From the NCBI RefSeq assembly GCF_006345805.1, contig NC_043017.1:5704001-5768000 (forward strand): a stretch of 64,000 bases of DNA. The letters run 5' to 3'. Source of the DNA: Octopus sinensis. Lineage: Eukaryota. How positions within the stretch are numbered: the stretch's first letter is position 1; each line of letters begins with the position of its first letter. Positions 25,810 to 39,874 of the stretch are shown here, one piece after another. Below the pieces are notes generated by a model. The model had not been told where the DNA came from and did not search any database. It worked only from the letters and a program-made list of their open reading frames with translations. Both the position numbers and the translations under genes were made by a program.

Positions 25810-26289
25810 ATATATAACATCATGTGGCTAAAATTAAATTCTTATTCCCATAGAGTTATAGTTTAAAAAGATGATAGCGAAAAATATGATTACTTTAAAA
25901 CGCCAGACAGCATGACGCAAGTAGGAGAAAGGAAGAAAAGTAAGAATTAGAATAGCAATAATAATATGTACAATTTAATGAACAGACAGAAGAATCCTCA
26001 AAGGGACTTACGGTAGATAGTGTCAAGAAGTCTAACGAACAACACGCAACAAACACAAAGGTCTGTAAGTTCAGTAAGAGGAAGAGAACTTATAGAAACC
26101 TATAAAAACTGGCTATTAACTAAGTTTCATTGTTGCAGTGATATTGTGTCAATGACCTGTTTGCACTAATGTATCAAGTACTGAGACACCCTCAAGAAAT
26201 AAATGAAAAGTGAATATAATTTTTTTTTGTACTTTTAGTTAAAATAGCTCTTCGACGAGATAATTGTCTTATATGTATATGTATGTGTG

Positions 26290-26742
<453 letters not shown>

Positions 26743-26814
26743 AATAAATAAATAAATATATATATATATATATATATAGATAAGAAAGTTGGTTTGTGAA
26801 AGCACGTGGGTGAA

Positions 26815-28460
26815 TATATAAAAAATAGTAAAGAGTGAAAAAACGACAGAAGGCTTAAATGTTAAAAAATATATATATTTGCGTCAATATGTCTGGAGAA
26901 TATTAGAAAATTAAAAAAAAAAATTTTTTTTTCTCTTTTATAATGACAATTTTTAAAGAAAGACCGGTTTCGCATTTAGCTTTTCAAATTTCTTGTGACG
27001 TTGTGTTTATGTTGAATAGAGTTATCCTTGTGTTTATGCTCCGGAGAGTTCTGAATAAGGGAAGGTAGTGGGTGATTTCTTCCGGTGTAAGGGAGATAAT
27101 CGCTTAAAATTTTTTTTTCCTTTCCCTTAATGTGAATTTCTCTGTATCAGTATGTTCGGATGGTTGAGTCTGGGCTTGTACTTTTCAATGAAGAATGTTT
27201 CCTTGTTTAGTCTAATTTGTGTTGATGATCCGAAAGCACATTGGTAAAATGGAAAGATTAAAAATTGTGGTAGTAGTTGCTTTGCGCATTTCTCAATCTG
27301 CTCACTAAAAGGTATCATTCTATATTCTGGGAATGCAATCTGTTGTCGATGCAGTGTGCATCTACGTCTGAGTGATAGTCCCGTGGAACCCACGTAGTCT
27401 TGGTGGCAGCCCGAGCATTTTATGACATAAATTATGTTTTCAGAGGCACAAGTAAAGTTAGATTTGATCTTGAATTTCTGTCCCTCTTTAAAGAGGAATT
27501 CTGATCCTTCTAGCAGGTTAGGACATGTGCACAGTTCGATCTACCACATTGTTTACTTTTGCATCGTAATTTCAGAAGACAATTTTGCCTTTGTGAGAAT
27601 CATTTTAAGTGATTTAGGCGTTTGTAGCTTTTATGATTTTGGTGTATGTTTAGAATTTCCTTTAATTTGGTGTTTTTATGAAGTATTGGTAAATTCTGGG
27701 TGATGATGGTGAAGGCTTCTTTGTTTCTGGAGTTGTATGTAGATATGTAAGGTAGTATTTTCGGGGAAGGTGTGTTGTTGTGTTGAACTTTTCTTAAAGT
27801 TTCTATGTTGATTTCTGTGCACGTCTGATCCCATCCTCTATGAGTTGAGCTGGTAATGTCTGTCAATTAGGGTTTTTTTGAGTTCTTGCAGTCTAAAGTT
27901 CCGGTATTTTGTTCTGACACTATTGTGCATATCCTTCTTGCAAGGTTGAAGGGGATTTTTTTTTTAGTGTGTCCTTGGGTGGCATGAATTAAAGAGAAGT
28001 ATGTTTGGCGTCTGTGGCTTTGTAAAAAATGTCTGTTTCTATTTTAAAGGTTAATTTTTTTAATTAGTATATCCAAGAACGGGAGCTCCTTTTGGTTGTA
28101 TTCCATTGTGAACTGTATATTTGGGTTTATGCCGTTCAATAGGTTTTTAAATTTTAGGAGTTTATCTGTGTTTTCATTCCACTCCCTTACACCGGAAGAA
28201 ATCACCCACTACCTTCCCTTATTCAGAACTCTCCGGAGCATAAACACAAGGATAACTCTATTCAACATAAACACAACGTCACAAGAAATTTGAAAAGCTA
28301 AATGCGAAACCGGTCTTTCTTTAAAAATTATGTCATTATAAAAGAGAAAAAAAATTTTTTTTTTTAATTTTCTAATATTCTTCAGACATATTGACGCAAT
28401 ATATATATTTTTTAACATTTAAGCCTTCTGTCGTTTTTTCACTCTTTACTATTTTATATA
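26815..28460 (-). mobile_element. 5'-truncated Penelope-like element with inverted pseudo-LTRs
   Basis: Minus-strand fragments NPNIQFTMEY, PFLDILIKK..IETDIFYK, KILPYISTYNSRN (RT thumb/linker) and GSTGLSLRRRCTLHRQQI...KETFFIEKYKPRLN (GIY-YIG C-terminus); near-identical inverted arms of about 280 bp at 26815-27095 and 28182-28460. Confidence 0.9.
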
Positions 28461-28878
28461 TATAATATATTATATAAATTTAATATATATAATATATATA
28501 TTATATATATATATATATAATAAGTACATGCGCACACACACACATCAACAGACGTGCGCGTAGACAAAAACAAGAATGTGTCTCGCACTCGTTTACATTA
28601 TAACAAGAAACATTTAGTTACAATATTAGTGACTGAGAGTGCAAGATAACACTACATTGCGAAAAACAAGAGTCAAAGAACCTTAAAGCCACAAAAGCAC
28701 AGTTTTATGTACTGACAAACGAATTTGGCTTATCAATATAGTACCCTCGCTCACTGTAGGTTGGTTATCTCCCCTGTCAGTCCACAGATCTGTGCATTTT
28801 GTGGCTATAAGGATCTTTGACTATATATATATATATATATAGATATATAATATTATATATATAATATATATATATTAT

Positions 28879-28916
<38 letters not shown>

Positions 28917-31900
28917 ATATCTTATATATATCTTATATATAAATACATTCATACATACATACATACATACATACATACTACATACATACATACATACATA
29001 CATACATACATACATACATACGTATATGCACACACGATCGCACACAAGGACAGACATTTACCATTTTCTCTCGGTTCTACTTTGTTTTTGTTATTTTATT
29101 TAACTTATTAATTTTTTTTATTACATCCAGCCAACCCTATTCAGTATTTCCTCCTTCCATTTGATGGGTTCAGATTGTATTTAAAAAGGATACAAGAATA
29201 TAAGAATAAGAACATTATATGATGTAATGTTTGAATAGAACAAAAACAGGCTTGATGTTTATCGTATGTGAATTAGTTCTTCAGAAATTCTGGAAGAAAA
29301 TGACGGTTTTGTGAGCAATGATAGATGAAGACATCTATTCTACTTCATATCTTATCTGTAATGACTGAGATCTAATTGATAAATCTTCAATGATATTAAC
29401 GGTTATGATGTTCCTTGTAGTTCTTGTACAGAAAGAATACTTTATCATGGTGAGCGCCTGTGCACATACAGGCACACACTCACACTCATACACACATTCA
29501 AGCAGACACATAAAAACACGTAGACACACATGTATATACACACACAAACTCACAATGCGCGTGTAGATATAGTCACAAACACAGACATTTAATTTACATA
29601 CACATACACATAGATATATGTCCATACACTCACACCCATATATGTGTATATATGTGTATATGAATATCAACATATAATATACGTATATATACTTTATACA
29701 TACATGGACATATATATGCGTATGTATACACGCATACACACACACACGCACATACACACACATACAAACACACATATATCGTCTGTGGAATTATATATGC
29801 ATATAACATTACTTACAGCTATAAATCAGAAGGCTGGACTCTGCAACGAATTTTACTAACAAATTGAATCAAGCCTCTTATGTCACAGAGTAATGCATGA
29901 ATACCACTCAATCTCTAAAGTTTTTACCAATTTATACACTTGTCGCTAATTAAATAATGTATGTTATCTTGCCAACGAGCAAGGACCCAAAGTGTTACAT
30001 TCTTCGTTCCCCGCTCAATCTTGCTTACAAAACGTTTTTTTAGCGATTATGCAATATCTTGACTTTTGGCTAGAAGCATATATGCTTAATTGTCATTTTA
30101 GTAATTTAAATTTTTCGTACAAGAAAGATCTGGTTTCTAACAACGAAATAAAACTTCGTTGGAATTTTGATAAAAACAACTGTGGTATATCACATCTTGA
30201 ATTTTATAAAAGTTTTACAGATATTTACTCTTTCACCTACATATTGTATTTGCAAAATTTGTTTTACCTGGTCACTCTCTTTGCCTGAAAACACCAGTTT
30301 CCGCGATAGCCAAGTGCACCGACAGTTATGGGTACAAGTGTAAATTTACTAAAGCAGAAAAGTTGTATGTTGGGAAGCAGTTGTCCATAAATAGTCTCCT
30401 TTTCACTGATTTTTAAGGAAATCTTCACATTTAGAAAGCAACATAACCTCTATAACAGTTCTTAATTTTTCTTTTATGCATTCGTACGAATGCATGTATA
30501 CATGAATGCATATATATGAATGTATGTATGTGGTTTTTTTCTGGTTTGCTTTTCAAATTTATCACCAATATATAAAGTGCCTGTCTCCAAAGTAGAAACA
30601 AGGTTCTTCTGGTTTAAATTTAGACATCAACTATATAGGCATGTGAATATACAGATATGACTGTATGTTACTTCTGATTTGGAGATTTAGAGTACATTTT
30701 AACCAGTTACCTAGTAGCAAGGTTGTAAAGAAACTAAATCTTGCCTTTCAGCGCTTTTCTTCATGAAATTATTCACTCTTTAAAATTCAATTTTTATCGT
30801 AATAAATCTCCAGCGTAATTACTGATTTAGCAAACTTGTTACATCACCTACAACTCTAATATAACTAATTTCCACTGAAAGAATATTTTAGTTACTGAAT
30901 TTACAAACTCTTCACAGCGGTTCATTGACGCCTTCTTCTTCTTCGGTATCTGTTTTTATCAAACTGATGCCATGTAGGCAGCTGGTTTCTACAATAAATT
31001 ATAGTTTATTTCGCTTTACCAAGCAATAATATAAACTGTTTAGTTACTGTTTAATCTCCAGATTCTACCATCATTTTTTTTCTTATTCATCGGTTTCAGT
31101 TTATTCATCGTTGTTATTTTTTCTTCGCCAGTGTCTTCAAGGCTGTTCTGGGTACTGCATCATGTCTCATGAAAAGGCACAATATATCCTCTTTGTGCAA
31201 ATAAATTGCTAAGATTCTATATTGTAGCAACCCTAATTGTATTAATATATTACTGAGGTTCTGTATTCTATCGCTACCCACCACGCTACTAAACGGTTGC
31301 AGTTGTTATCTAACATTAATCTAGCGGGCTGTGGTTTTCATTGGTGGATCTGGGTGGAAGATTCCGATGGATGATGGAACAGAAGAAGATTGATTATAAT
31401 GGTGGGCGTTATAAATAGATCAAATATCGATGAGAAAATGTGCGGCCAAGAAAATATCGATAATACCCTAAAATGTGTGACTAGACATTGGTTGGCAACA
31501 AGGAAATAAGTAATTACTGGTTGGTAAGAATCACAGAACAGGAGTCGATACAAGAATACTGTAGTGATTATTAACATGAATTAAATAGAAAAAAGGAAAG
31601 ACGTAAAAAGGGAGGTTGGTGGTAAAATGGCCGTACAATTAAGTTTAATGAACACTTGACTTAACCGATTTAACTAGCATAATTAAGAAATATACAATTA
31701 TTTTTTTTCTTTAATTTTATACCTATCTACCTACCTACATAAGTGTCAAAATTTCAGATGATGGGCCGTGTTATACACAGCGCCGCCTGGAGAGTATATC
31801 CACTGACAGCTTTTCGGTGCGTTCAAAAATCACATAACCCCCCACCTCCAATTTTCCATGACAGGTTAGGGCCTGAAACACTCCAAACAAACGCATAGCA

Positions 31901-32009
31901 TGTTGCTTAGTCGAATTAGTCCAGCATTTACTCCACAAATGTTTTGTTGTCAATGCTGCGCTTTCCCATATCACCTGTTCCAACATAACTGTAATATATT
32001 ATATACCAA

Positions 32010-32053
32010 CTATGCCATTTTAATCCCGAGTAATACCGGGTATCTCCACTAGT
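32010..32053 (+). mobile_element. Helitron-like 3' terminus
   Basis: CCCG-agtaatac-CGGG hairpin (32025-32040) followed after 8 nt by CTAG|T (32049-32053); a possible opposite-strand Helitron-like start near 32200-32275. Upstream extent unknown. Confidence 0.45.
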
Positions 32054-32088
32054 ATAACACCACACACACACACACACACACGCGCATA

Positions 32089-32134
<46 letters not shown>

Positions 32135-32908
32135 ATATAAGATAAGGTAAGATAAGAAGAAAAAGATAAAAGATAAAATAAGAAGAAAAAGCATAATAGT
32201 TTCCATTGAACCGTTTACTTTCATTTTGGAAGACAAACAAACACACAAACGGACAGGATGTCTGTTTTATATATATATATATACATACATACGCATATAT
32301 ATTTACACACATACATATATACATAATAGTTCTCAACGTATTAATAGAAAATTGCGCCCATCTCTGTAACCAAAACACTGACTGTATTTACTCTTGTAGG
32401 TGCCCTTTGTGAGTTCGATATAATATCTGTTTATACCAAAGTATAGGGTCTCAGTATATTACCACCTTAAGGAGATATAATCCACTGAATGGATAGTATT
32501 GGATGGATCAGAAAATTCGAAATTTGCCGTAAAGGCGAGAGATGGGAAGGTAGAGATTGTTTGCTTATGGGTTTACGATGATGTTTTAAGCCCTCTGGAG
32601 CGATGGGGTCCAGACCGAATCAACTGATTTTGACATCGCTTTAGTTGAAGAGTGTGCTAAACTTATCTGTGACTGAGAAGCATTTATCTAGTCATGAGAA
32701 TAAGGTTCTATTTTGACTTTTACATTCCTGCTTTATGGAGGGCTGGGCTGGGAGGGTTGAGCTGGGTTGCGCCATTTCATTCTGTTCACCCTGAACTTGC
32801 TGCTCGCGCGTGCACGCGTGTGTGTATGTATGTGCCTGTGTGTATATGTGTGTCTGTGTGAGTGTGTGTGTGTCTATGTGTGGATACGTCTGTATCTGTG
32901 TGTGTACA

Positions 32909-32954
<46 letters not shown>

Positions 32955-33195
32955 ATATATATAATATATATAATATATATATTATGATATATATGATCAT
33001 AAAGATATATACACACATACATACGTACATACATACGTGCAAACATACATGCATGCATGTATACATACACGCATGCATACATACATACATACATACTTAC
33101 ATACATACATACACGCATGCATACATACATACTTTCATACATACATACATACATACATGCATACATACATACATACATACATACACATACATACA

Positions 33196-33229
<34 letters not shown>

Positions 33230-33680
33230 CATACATACATTCATACTACTTTCGTAAATACATACATTTTAATCACCCTTCGACGAAGGATCCTGTTAGA
33301 AACTTTTGACGTCTCCTCTTTCCCTGCGGCAACATAATTTATTCCACTTTGTAAACTTTTTACACTTAATATTTGCCGACACATAACTATCTACTAGATG
33401 CCTCGATTTCTACTGTTTCACTTTCATACTTGATTATATCAGCGGAAGATTAATAACTGTCTGTGTGTATAAAAATGTATGAATATATATACTTATATAT
33501 ATATATATATATCACACGCTAAAACGTGTATTAAAGTCAAGATCTGAGACATAAGATATATCTCAGTTACTAAAAGCCATTTGCCTCAAATTGAAGCGAT
33601 ATTGTGATCAAAACATCTAACACGAAAAATGAATTGGTGTATAGTGGGTGTGTATACATACTTACATACACACCACTTAC

Positions 33681-33757
<77 letters not shown>

Positions 33758-33774
33758 TATTATTATTATTATTA

Positions 33775-33816
<42 letters not shown>

Positions 33817-33871
33817 CATTAGTGACGGAAGCAGTATTAATCCCAGAAGGTAATCTTTATATCCAACTTAC

Positions 33872-34060
33872 CATGGATGCCTTATTAGAACTCCCAATAT
33901 TGCATTATTAGCATTGAGAGAACTTCTCTTACAGACGCTTAGACCATAAAAGCACGATCTTATGTGTGTGTTTTTATGCACCAAGTTCCTATGTGCCTAT
34001 AACAGTGGTTCCCTCAAGACTTAATATTGCAGTATACGGTGTTCTAACAAGGCATCCGTA
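33872..34060. mobile_element. Small MITE with roughly 37-bp imperfect TIRs
   Basis: GGATGCCTTATTAGAACTCCCAATATTGCATTATTA versus the reverse complement of the right end, GGATGCCTTGTTAGAACACCGTATACTGCAATATTA; TA at the right boundary. Confidence 0.7.
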
Positions 34061-34109
34061 TGTATGTATGCCCGCATGTGTGTGTGTTTATATATATATA
34101 TATTCTTTT

Positions 34110-34742
34110 ATTCTCTTGCTTGCTTCAGTCATTTGACTGCGGCCATGCTGGAACTCCAACTTAAAGGGTTATAGTCGAACAAATCAGCCCCAAGACTTAT
34201 TCCTTGTAAAGCTAGTACTTATTCTATCGGCACTTTTGCGAGGGCGTAAACGCACCAACATCGGTTGTCGAGCGATAGTGGGAGGGGACAAACACAGACA
34301 CAAAACACGATCGTTTGTGTGTGTGTGTGTGTATGTGTGTGTGCGTATGTATGTATATATAGGACAGGCTTCTTTTAGTTTCCGTCTACCAAATCCACTC
34401 ACAAGGCTTTGGTCAGCCCGAAGCTATAGTAGAAAACGCTTGCTCATGGTGCCACGCAGTGGGACTGAACCCGGAACCATGTGCTTGGGAAGCAAGCTTC
34501 TTACCACACAGCCACGCCACCGCCTAATGTGTGTGTGTGTGTGTGCGTGCGTGCGCGTGCGTATGTATGTATATATAGGACAGGCTTCTTTTAGTTTCCG
34601 TCTACCAAATCCTCTCACAAGGCTTTGGTCAGCCCGAAGCTATAGTAGAAAACGCTTGCTCATGGTGCCACGCAGTGGGACTGAACCCGGAACCATGTGC
34701 TTGGGAAGCAAGCTTCTTACCACACAGCCACGCCACCGCCTA

Positions 34743-34787
<45 letters not shown>

Positions 34788-34976
34788 CGCGTGCGTATGT
34801 ATGTATATATAGGACAGGCTTCTTTTAGTTTCCGTCTACCAAATCCTCTCACAAGACTTTGGTCAGCCCGAAGCTATAGTAGAAGACGCCTGCTCATGGT
34901 GCCACGCAGTGGGACTGAACCCGGAACCATGTGCTTGGGAAGCAAGCTTCTTACCACACAGCCACGCCACAGCCTA
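34110..34976 (-). mobile_element. SINE family B with tandem triplication of its 5' half
   Basis: One 3' half (34110-34300) followed by three near-identical units (GGACAGGCTTCTTTTAG...CAGCCACGCCAC.GCCTAA) separated by (GT)n; unit spacing about 216 and 234 bp. Confidence 0.92.
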
Positions 34977-35329
34977 ATATGTGTGTGTGGATGTGTAATG
35001 AGAGAGATAAATGTATACATACGCACACGTGTATGTATTTAAGAATGTTAATGTGTGCGGGTATTTGTGAGCTTTTTTCATACTTTTGCGTGTTAATGTG
35101 TGCGATTTTATAAAGATCTTTTAAATTATGCATATGTGTGTAAATAAGATGTCGGCCACAAACTCCACCCCTGTCTCAGGCATCTCTCTTTCATTGGGGA
35201 AGGAAGTAAGTGTTGCTTGATTTGCTTTTCTTCATTTTTTATTTTTTTCCTGAAGAAAACCTGTGAGATATTTTGGTTTAATCTTCACAGATAATGCAGA
35301 TTTACTAGGGTATTAAAAATAAAAATAAA

Positions 35330-35370
35330 AATAATAATAATAATGATAATAATAATAATAATAATAATAA

Positions 35371-35401
<31 letters not shown>

Positions 35402-35437
35402 GTAATAGTAATAAAAAAAATAATAATAATGATAGTA

Positions 35438-35502
<65 letters not shown>

Positions 35503-35509
35503 GTAATAG

Positions 35510-35540
<31 letters not shown>

Positions 35541-35556
35541 AATAGTAGTAGTAGTA

Positions 35557-35592
<36 letters not shown>

Positions 35593-35630
35593 GTAATAGT
35601 AATAAAAAAATAATAATAATGATAGTAGTA

Positions 35631-35685
<55 letters not shown>

Positions 35686-35737
35686 CAACAACAACAACAG
35701 CAGCAGCAACATCAACTTCATCCTCCTCCTCCTCACG

Positions 35738-35772
<35 letters not shown>
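35330..35772. repeat. Compound trinucleotide microsatellite (TAA/TAG/CAA/CAG/CCT/CAT)
   Basis: Direct inspection. Confidence 0.95.
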
Positions 35773-37307
35773 TGATTTCGTGATGTAACTGAAGAAAAAT
35801 CATTCCTACACTGATAATATTTTATACATTTTCTTTATTTTTTGTTTGTTTGTTTGTTTCTTTCTTTCTTTCTTCTTTTATTTTCTGTTTTTTTTTCCAC
35901 TCTTGGTTATAGCTCTTTTATTTAAAAGTTTCTTTTTTTAACTTTTTTGTTTCACGATCTACAGTATTATCCCCCCACTCTCTCTCTCTCTCTGTTTTTC
36001 TCGCTCACTCTTTACCACACTTCTATCCACCCCTGTTCAACATTTCAGCTCTTACTCTCTCAACTAATTCCCGCCACCCCCACCCCCTCCCTGTCAGTTT
36101 CTTTTGGTTTCACTCTAGTTCTTTTATTTTCCCCTCTTCCTATACTTCTTTATTCTGATTACTCTTAAATACAGTAAATGGGAGAGTAAATGAGTTAGAG
36201 AAAAGATGGAGACAGATAAAAAGATGTATACATAGATAGTGACTCAGACGACAGAAAGAGAGGGGAGAAAATGTATGTTTTGGGAGAAGGAAAGAGAGAC
36301 AGACAGACAGACAGACAGAGGCAGAGACAGAGTGTATGTTTTCACAAGTTTCCCCAGCTAAAACTATATCAAACTGAATGAGTTATTACTGTTTGCTATT
36401 GTTGCTGTTTACTCCCAAGTTAGCCTTGATCCAGGAGGCGTACGATCAAATAGACTCCAGCAATGGACATCTCTTTCCTTTGAATAAATCATGCACTACA
36501 TTATGTAATGTCCTTCCTTGTTGCTCAGCCCTGATCCACGGGATCTAACCGAGTCAATCTCCTTTTACGATTCTCTCCCACTATCTCACCCTCCCCCCTT
36601 CCTTCCCTCTCTCCTCCCCTCCCTATCTCCTCCTTCCCTTCTCTCTTTTCCTTCCCTCTCGCTATTTCCTTCCGCCCCTCTTTCTCTCTTTCGTCGAACA
36701 CTAGTGATGGCGATCCCTCCATAAGTATTTAACCATTGCCTTTATTTGAAGGGCGACAGTATTTCCGTTTTCCATTTCCTTTTGAATTCTCTTTACAGTG
36801 GCCTTATAATATAGAGGAAGTCGACCTTGTTTTCATTATCAATGAGGATCTGCTCGCGCTGTTTTTCAAATGTTATACGAGGAACATGCTCCGTTCGAAG
36901 TAGTGTGATCCTAATGAAGGTTTTCTATAAAGTGACAGCCCGGCTCACCCTAGTAATTTACTTTTGAGAATCAAATCTCTCCAGATTTTCATCCACTTTT
37001 CCTGATGAAGAAATTTTCCGTACTTTAGCAATCTTGCTCGCCCTTATACCCCACTTTTGAAAATCATATCTCACCAGATTTATATAAGTGAGTGCAAGAG
37101 TGTCACTATAAGGTATGAAATTTTCTCACCTACAATGTTCAGGTTTCGGTATTACACCTACACATAAAAATGGCAAGGACGACTTCTCAGTAAATCATGC
37201 TCATCATTCAGGTGGAAATATAATAACTGTTCAATAGATGCACGGTAGTCAAATGTCGAGTTTGCCTCAAACAGCCACTTTTGTAGTTCAATATTAACAC
37301 GTTCAAA

Positions 37308-37718
37308 GGCGGCGAGCTGTCAGAAACGTTAGCACGCGGGACGAAATGCTTAGCGGTATTTCGTCTGCCGCTACGTTCTGAGTTCAAATTCCGCCGAGGT
37401 CGACTTTGCCTTTCATCCTTTCGGAACCGCTAAGTTACGAGGTCGTAAACGCACCAACATCGGTTGTCAAGCGATGGTAGGAGAAAAAACACAGACACAC
37501 AAGCATATACATATATATATATATATATACAAATGTATACTCACACACATACACGACAAGCTTCTTTCATTTTCCGTCTACCAAATCCACTCACAAGGCT
37601 TTGGTCAGTCCGAAGCCATAGTAGATGGCACTTGCCCAAGGTGCCACGCATTGGGACTGAACCCTAAACCATGATGTTGGTAAGCAAGCTACATACTACA
37701 CAGCCACTCTTGCGCCTA
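37308..37718. mobile_element. Chimera of a family A head (+) and an antisense family B element (-)
   Basis: Family A consensus runs to CATCCTTTCGG (37424), then switches without spacer to AACCGCTAAGTTACG...CTTGCGCCTA (family B, minus strand). Confidence 0.85.
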
Positions 37719-38397
37719 TGTTTTTCGTGTCGACCCATCTCACTGGTAATATTCCCACGTAAATCTGCACTCATCTTGACCTGAGGGTACGCAGACGACT
37801 GTGTTTTTAAGAAACAAAACACCAAATACATGAGAATTTGGGCTGATAACTTATAGGATATATTTCACACTTCACTACGCACCATAAACTGAGTACTGGC
37901 CCTTATTATTGTACGATGCAGAATGCATGCATTTATAATGATATGAAACACATACATACATGCATAAATACATATCCACGTATTTGTGTGTGTGTGTGTG
38001 TGTGTGTGTGCATCATTTTGGTAAGGGTAGTGAAATATAGGTTCTGATTTCTTCTTAAACAACAATATTTTTGACAGTGACTTCGAAGTTCTGGCCACTT
38101 AGACCATCATCTGACTGCACTTAGACCATCATCTGATTTTATAAAGTTAGATAACGTATAATGTGTGGAGTTGTAATGGTATGCATTTTGTTGTCTGTAG
38201 CATGTAACGTTATTGCGGAATGAGCGGTGTTACACAGCAAATATGAGATGACAGATGACAAAGCTAGCTACAGTAACATAGGCGTAGATAACTCTCCTGA
38301 TATAATCTATGTGTTTGTCTCTCTATTTGCATGTCTGTCAGTTTTTCTATCTGCCTGTCTGCTTCCTTGACTGTATGCCCGCCAGCCTATGTGTCTG

Positions 38398-38398
38398 C

Positions 38399-38480
<82 letters not shown>
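38398..38480. repeat. (CTAT)n tetranucleotide microsatellite
   Basis: Pure CTAT run. Confidence 0.95.
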
Positions 38481-38482
<2 letters not shown>

Positions 38483-38743
38483 TGCCTTCTATAAATATGT
38501 GTATACATACATACATATATACATACATATATATATACATATATAGAAACATATATATATGTGTGTATGTGTGTATATATATATATACATACATATACGT
38601 TCGTAGTTATGTATATGTGTATGTGTGAATGTATATCATCTCTATACATATGTATATTTGTACTTATGTATATATGTGTATTTGTATACGTATAGGTATC
38701 TCTATTTCTCTCTCTCTTTCTTTCTGTCTGTCTCGCTCTCTCA

Positions 38744-38775
<32 letters not shown>

Positions 38776-38985
38776 TATATATATACACACATACATACAT
38801 ATATATATGTATGCATGTTTTACGTGTGTGTGTTTGTGCGTGTTTGTGTTTGTGTGTATGTCTGTGTGTGTGTGTGCACGCTTATCATGGCGTATGTATG
38901 TCTTATGCATACACTCATATACACTCAACACAGACACTTATACACAAGATCTCACACTCACAATCTCTCTTTCTCCCCGCTCTCA

Positions 38986-39034
<49 letters not shown>

Positions 39035-39821
39035 ACACACACACACATACACACACACAAATGGATCAACTTTAGCCTAGATTCCTGAGTAAACAATAAG
39101 TAAAGATAACAAAGAACAATATCGGGATTGAGTTTTACAGAAGATAATGAGAAATCTTTTAACTCTGCTTTTTCTAATTTAACTTTTCAACTTTTACTTT
39201 CCACGTTTATTTCGTTTTTCGAAATCTATTTTAGAATTATCGGGGCGACAACAAAAACATATGCTTTTCGTGATTTTACAAGTTGAAAAGTTAATTTTTA
39301 TTTTTACTGCTGAGAAACCTTCCTTTCATTCTCCATCTTCTCGAGGTTCTCTTTTCTTCCTGTCTACTTTCACTTTCTGTTCTTTCCACTAGCTTTCTAG
39401 CTAACACTTCCCCGCTTTTACTCGTAAATGATGAGCATGTGCGCGCGCGTGTATGTGTTTGTGAGGGAATGTGTGCATGTTTGTTTGTATGTCTGTGTGT
39501 ATTTTAATGTGTGTGCGTGTATTTGTATGTGTGTATTTGTTGTTATGTCTGTGTATGTTTCAATTTTCTTTTTTTTTTTTACATCAATGATGTCTTATTT
39601 TGCATTGCACGAATTTGACAAATCCTTAGTACAGAATTAATATTTTGCATTCTCATTCTTCTCCTCTTCTTCCTCTCTTCATTTTCCTTCTCCCCTTTTC
39701 ATTCTTACCCCTCCTCCTCCTTTTTCTTCTTCCTCCCCCTCCTCTTCTTCTTCTTTTTCTTCTTCTTCTTCTTCTTCTTCTTCTTCTTCTCCTCCTCCTC
39801 CTCTTCCTCATCATCATCATC

Positions 39822-39874
<53 letters not shown>

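Noticed and set aside
33865-33875. Strong minus-strand donor ATG|GTAAGT
   Set aside because: The putative exon lies inside a TIR-bounded MITE, and no good acceptor was found.
34236-35042. 268-aa ORF with three repeated peptide blocks
   Set aside because: Antisense read-through of the triplicated SINE head; no coding signature.
38097-38137. 22-bp tandem duplication (CACTTAGACCATCATCTGA twice), and diverged local duplications at about 3915/4109, 9530/9708 and 63720/63920
   Set aside because: Ordinary slippage-type duplications with no further structure.
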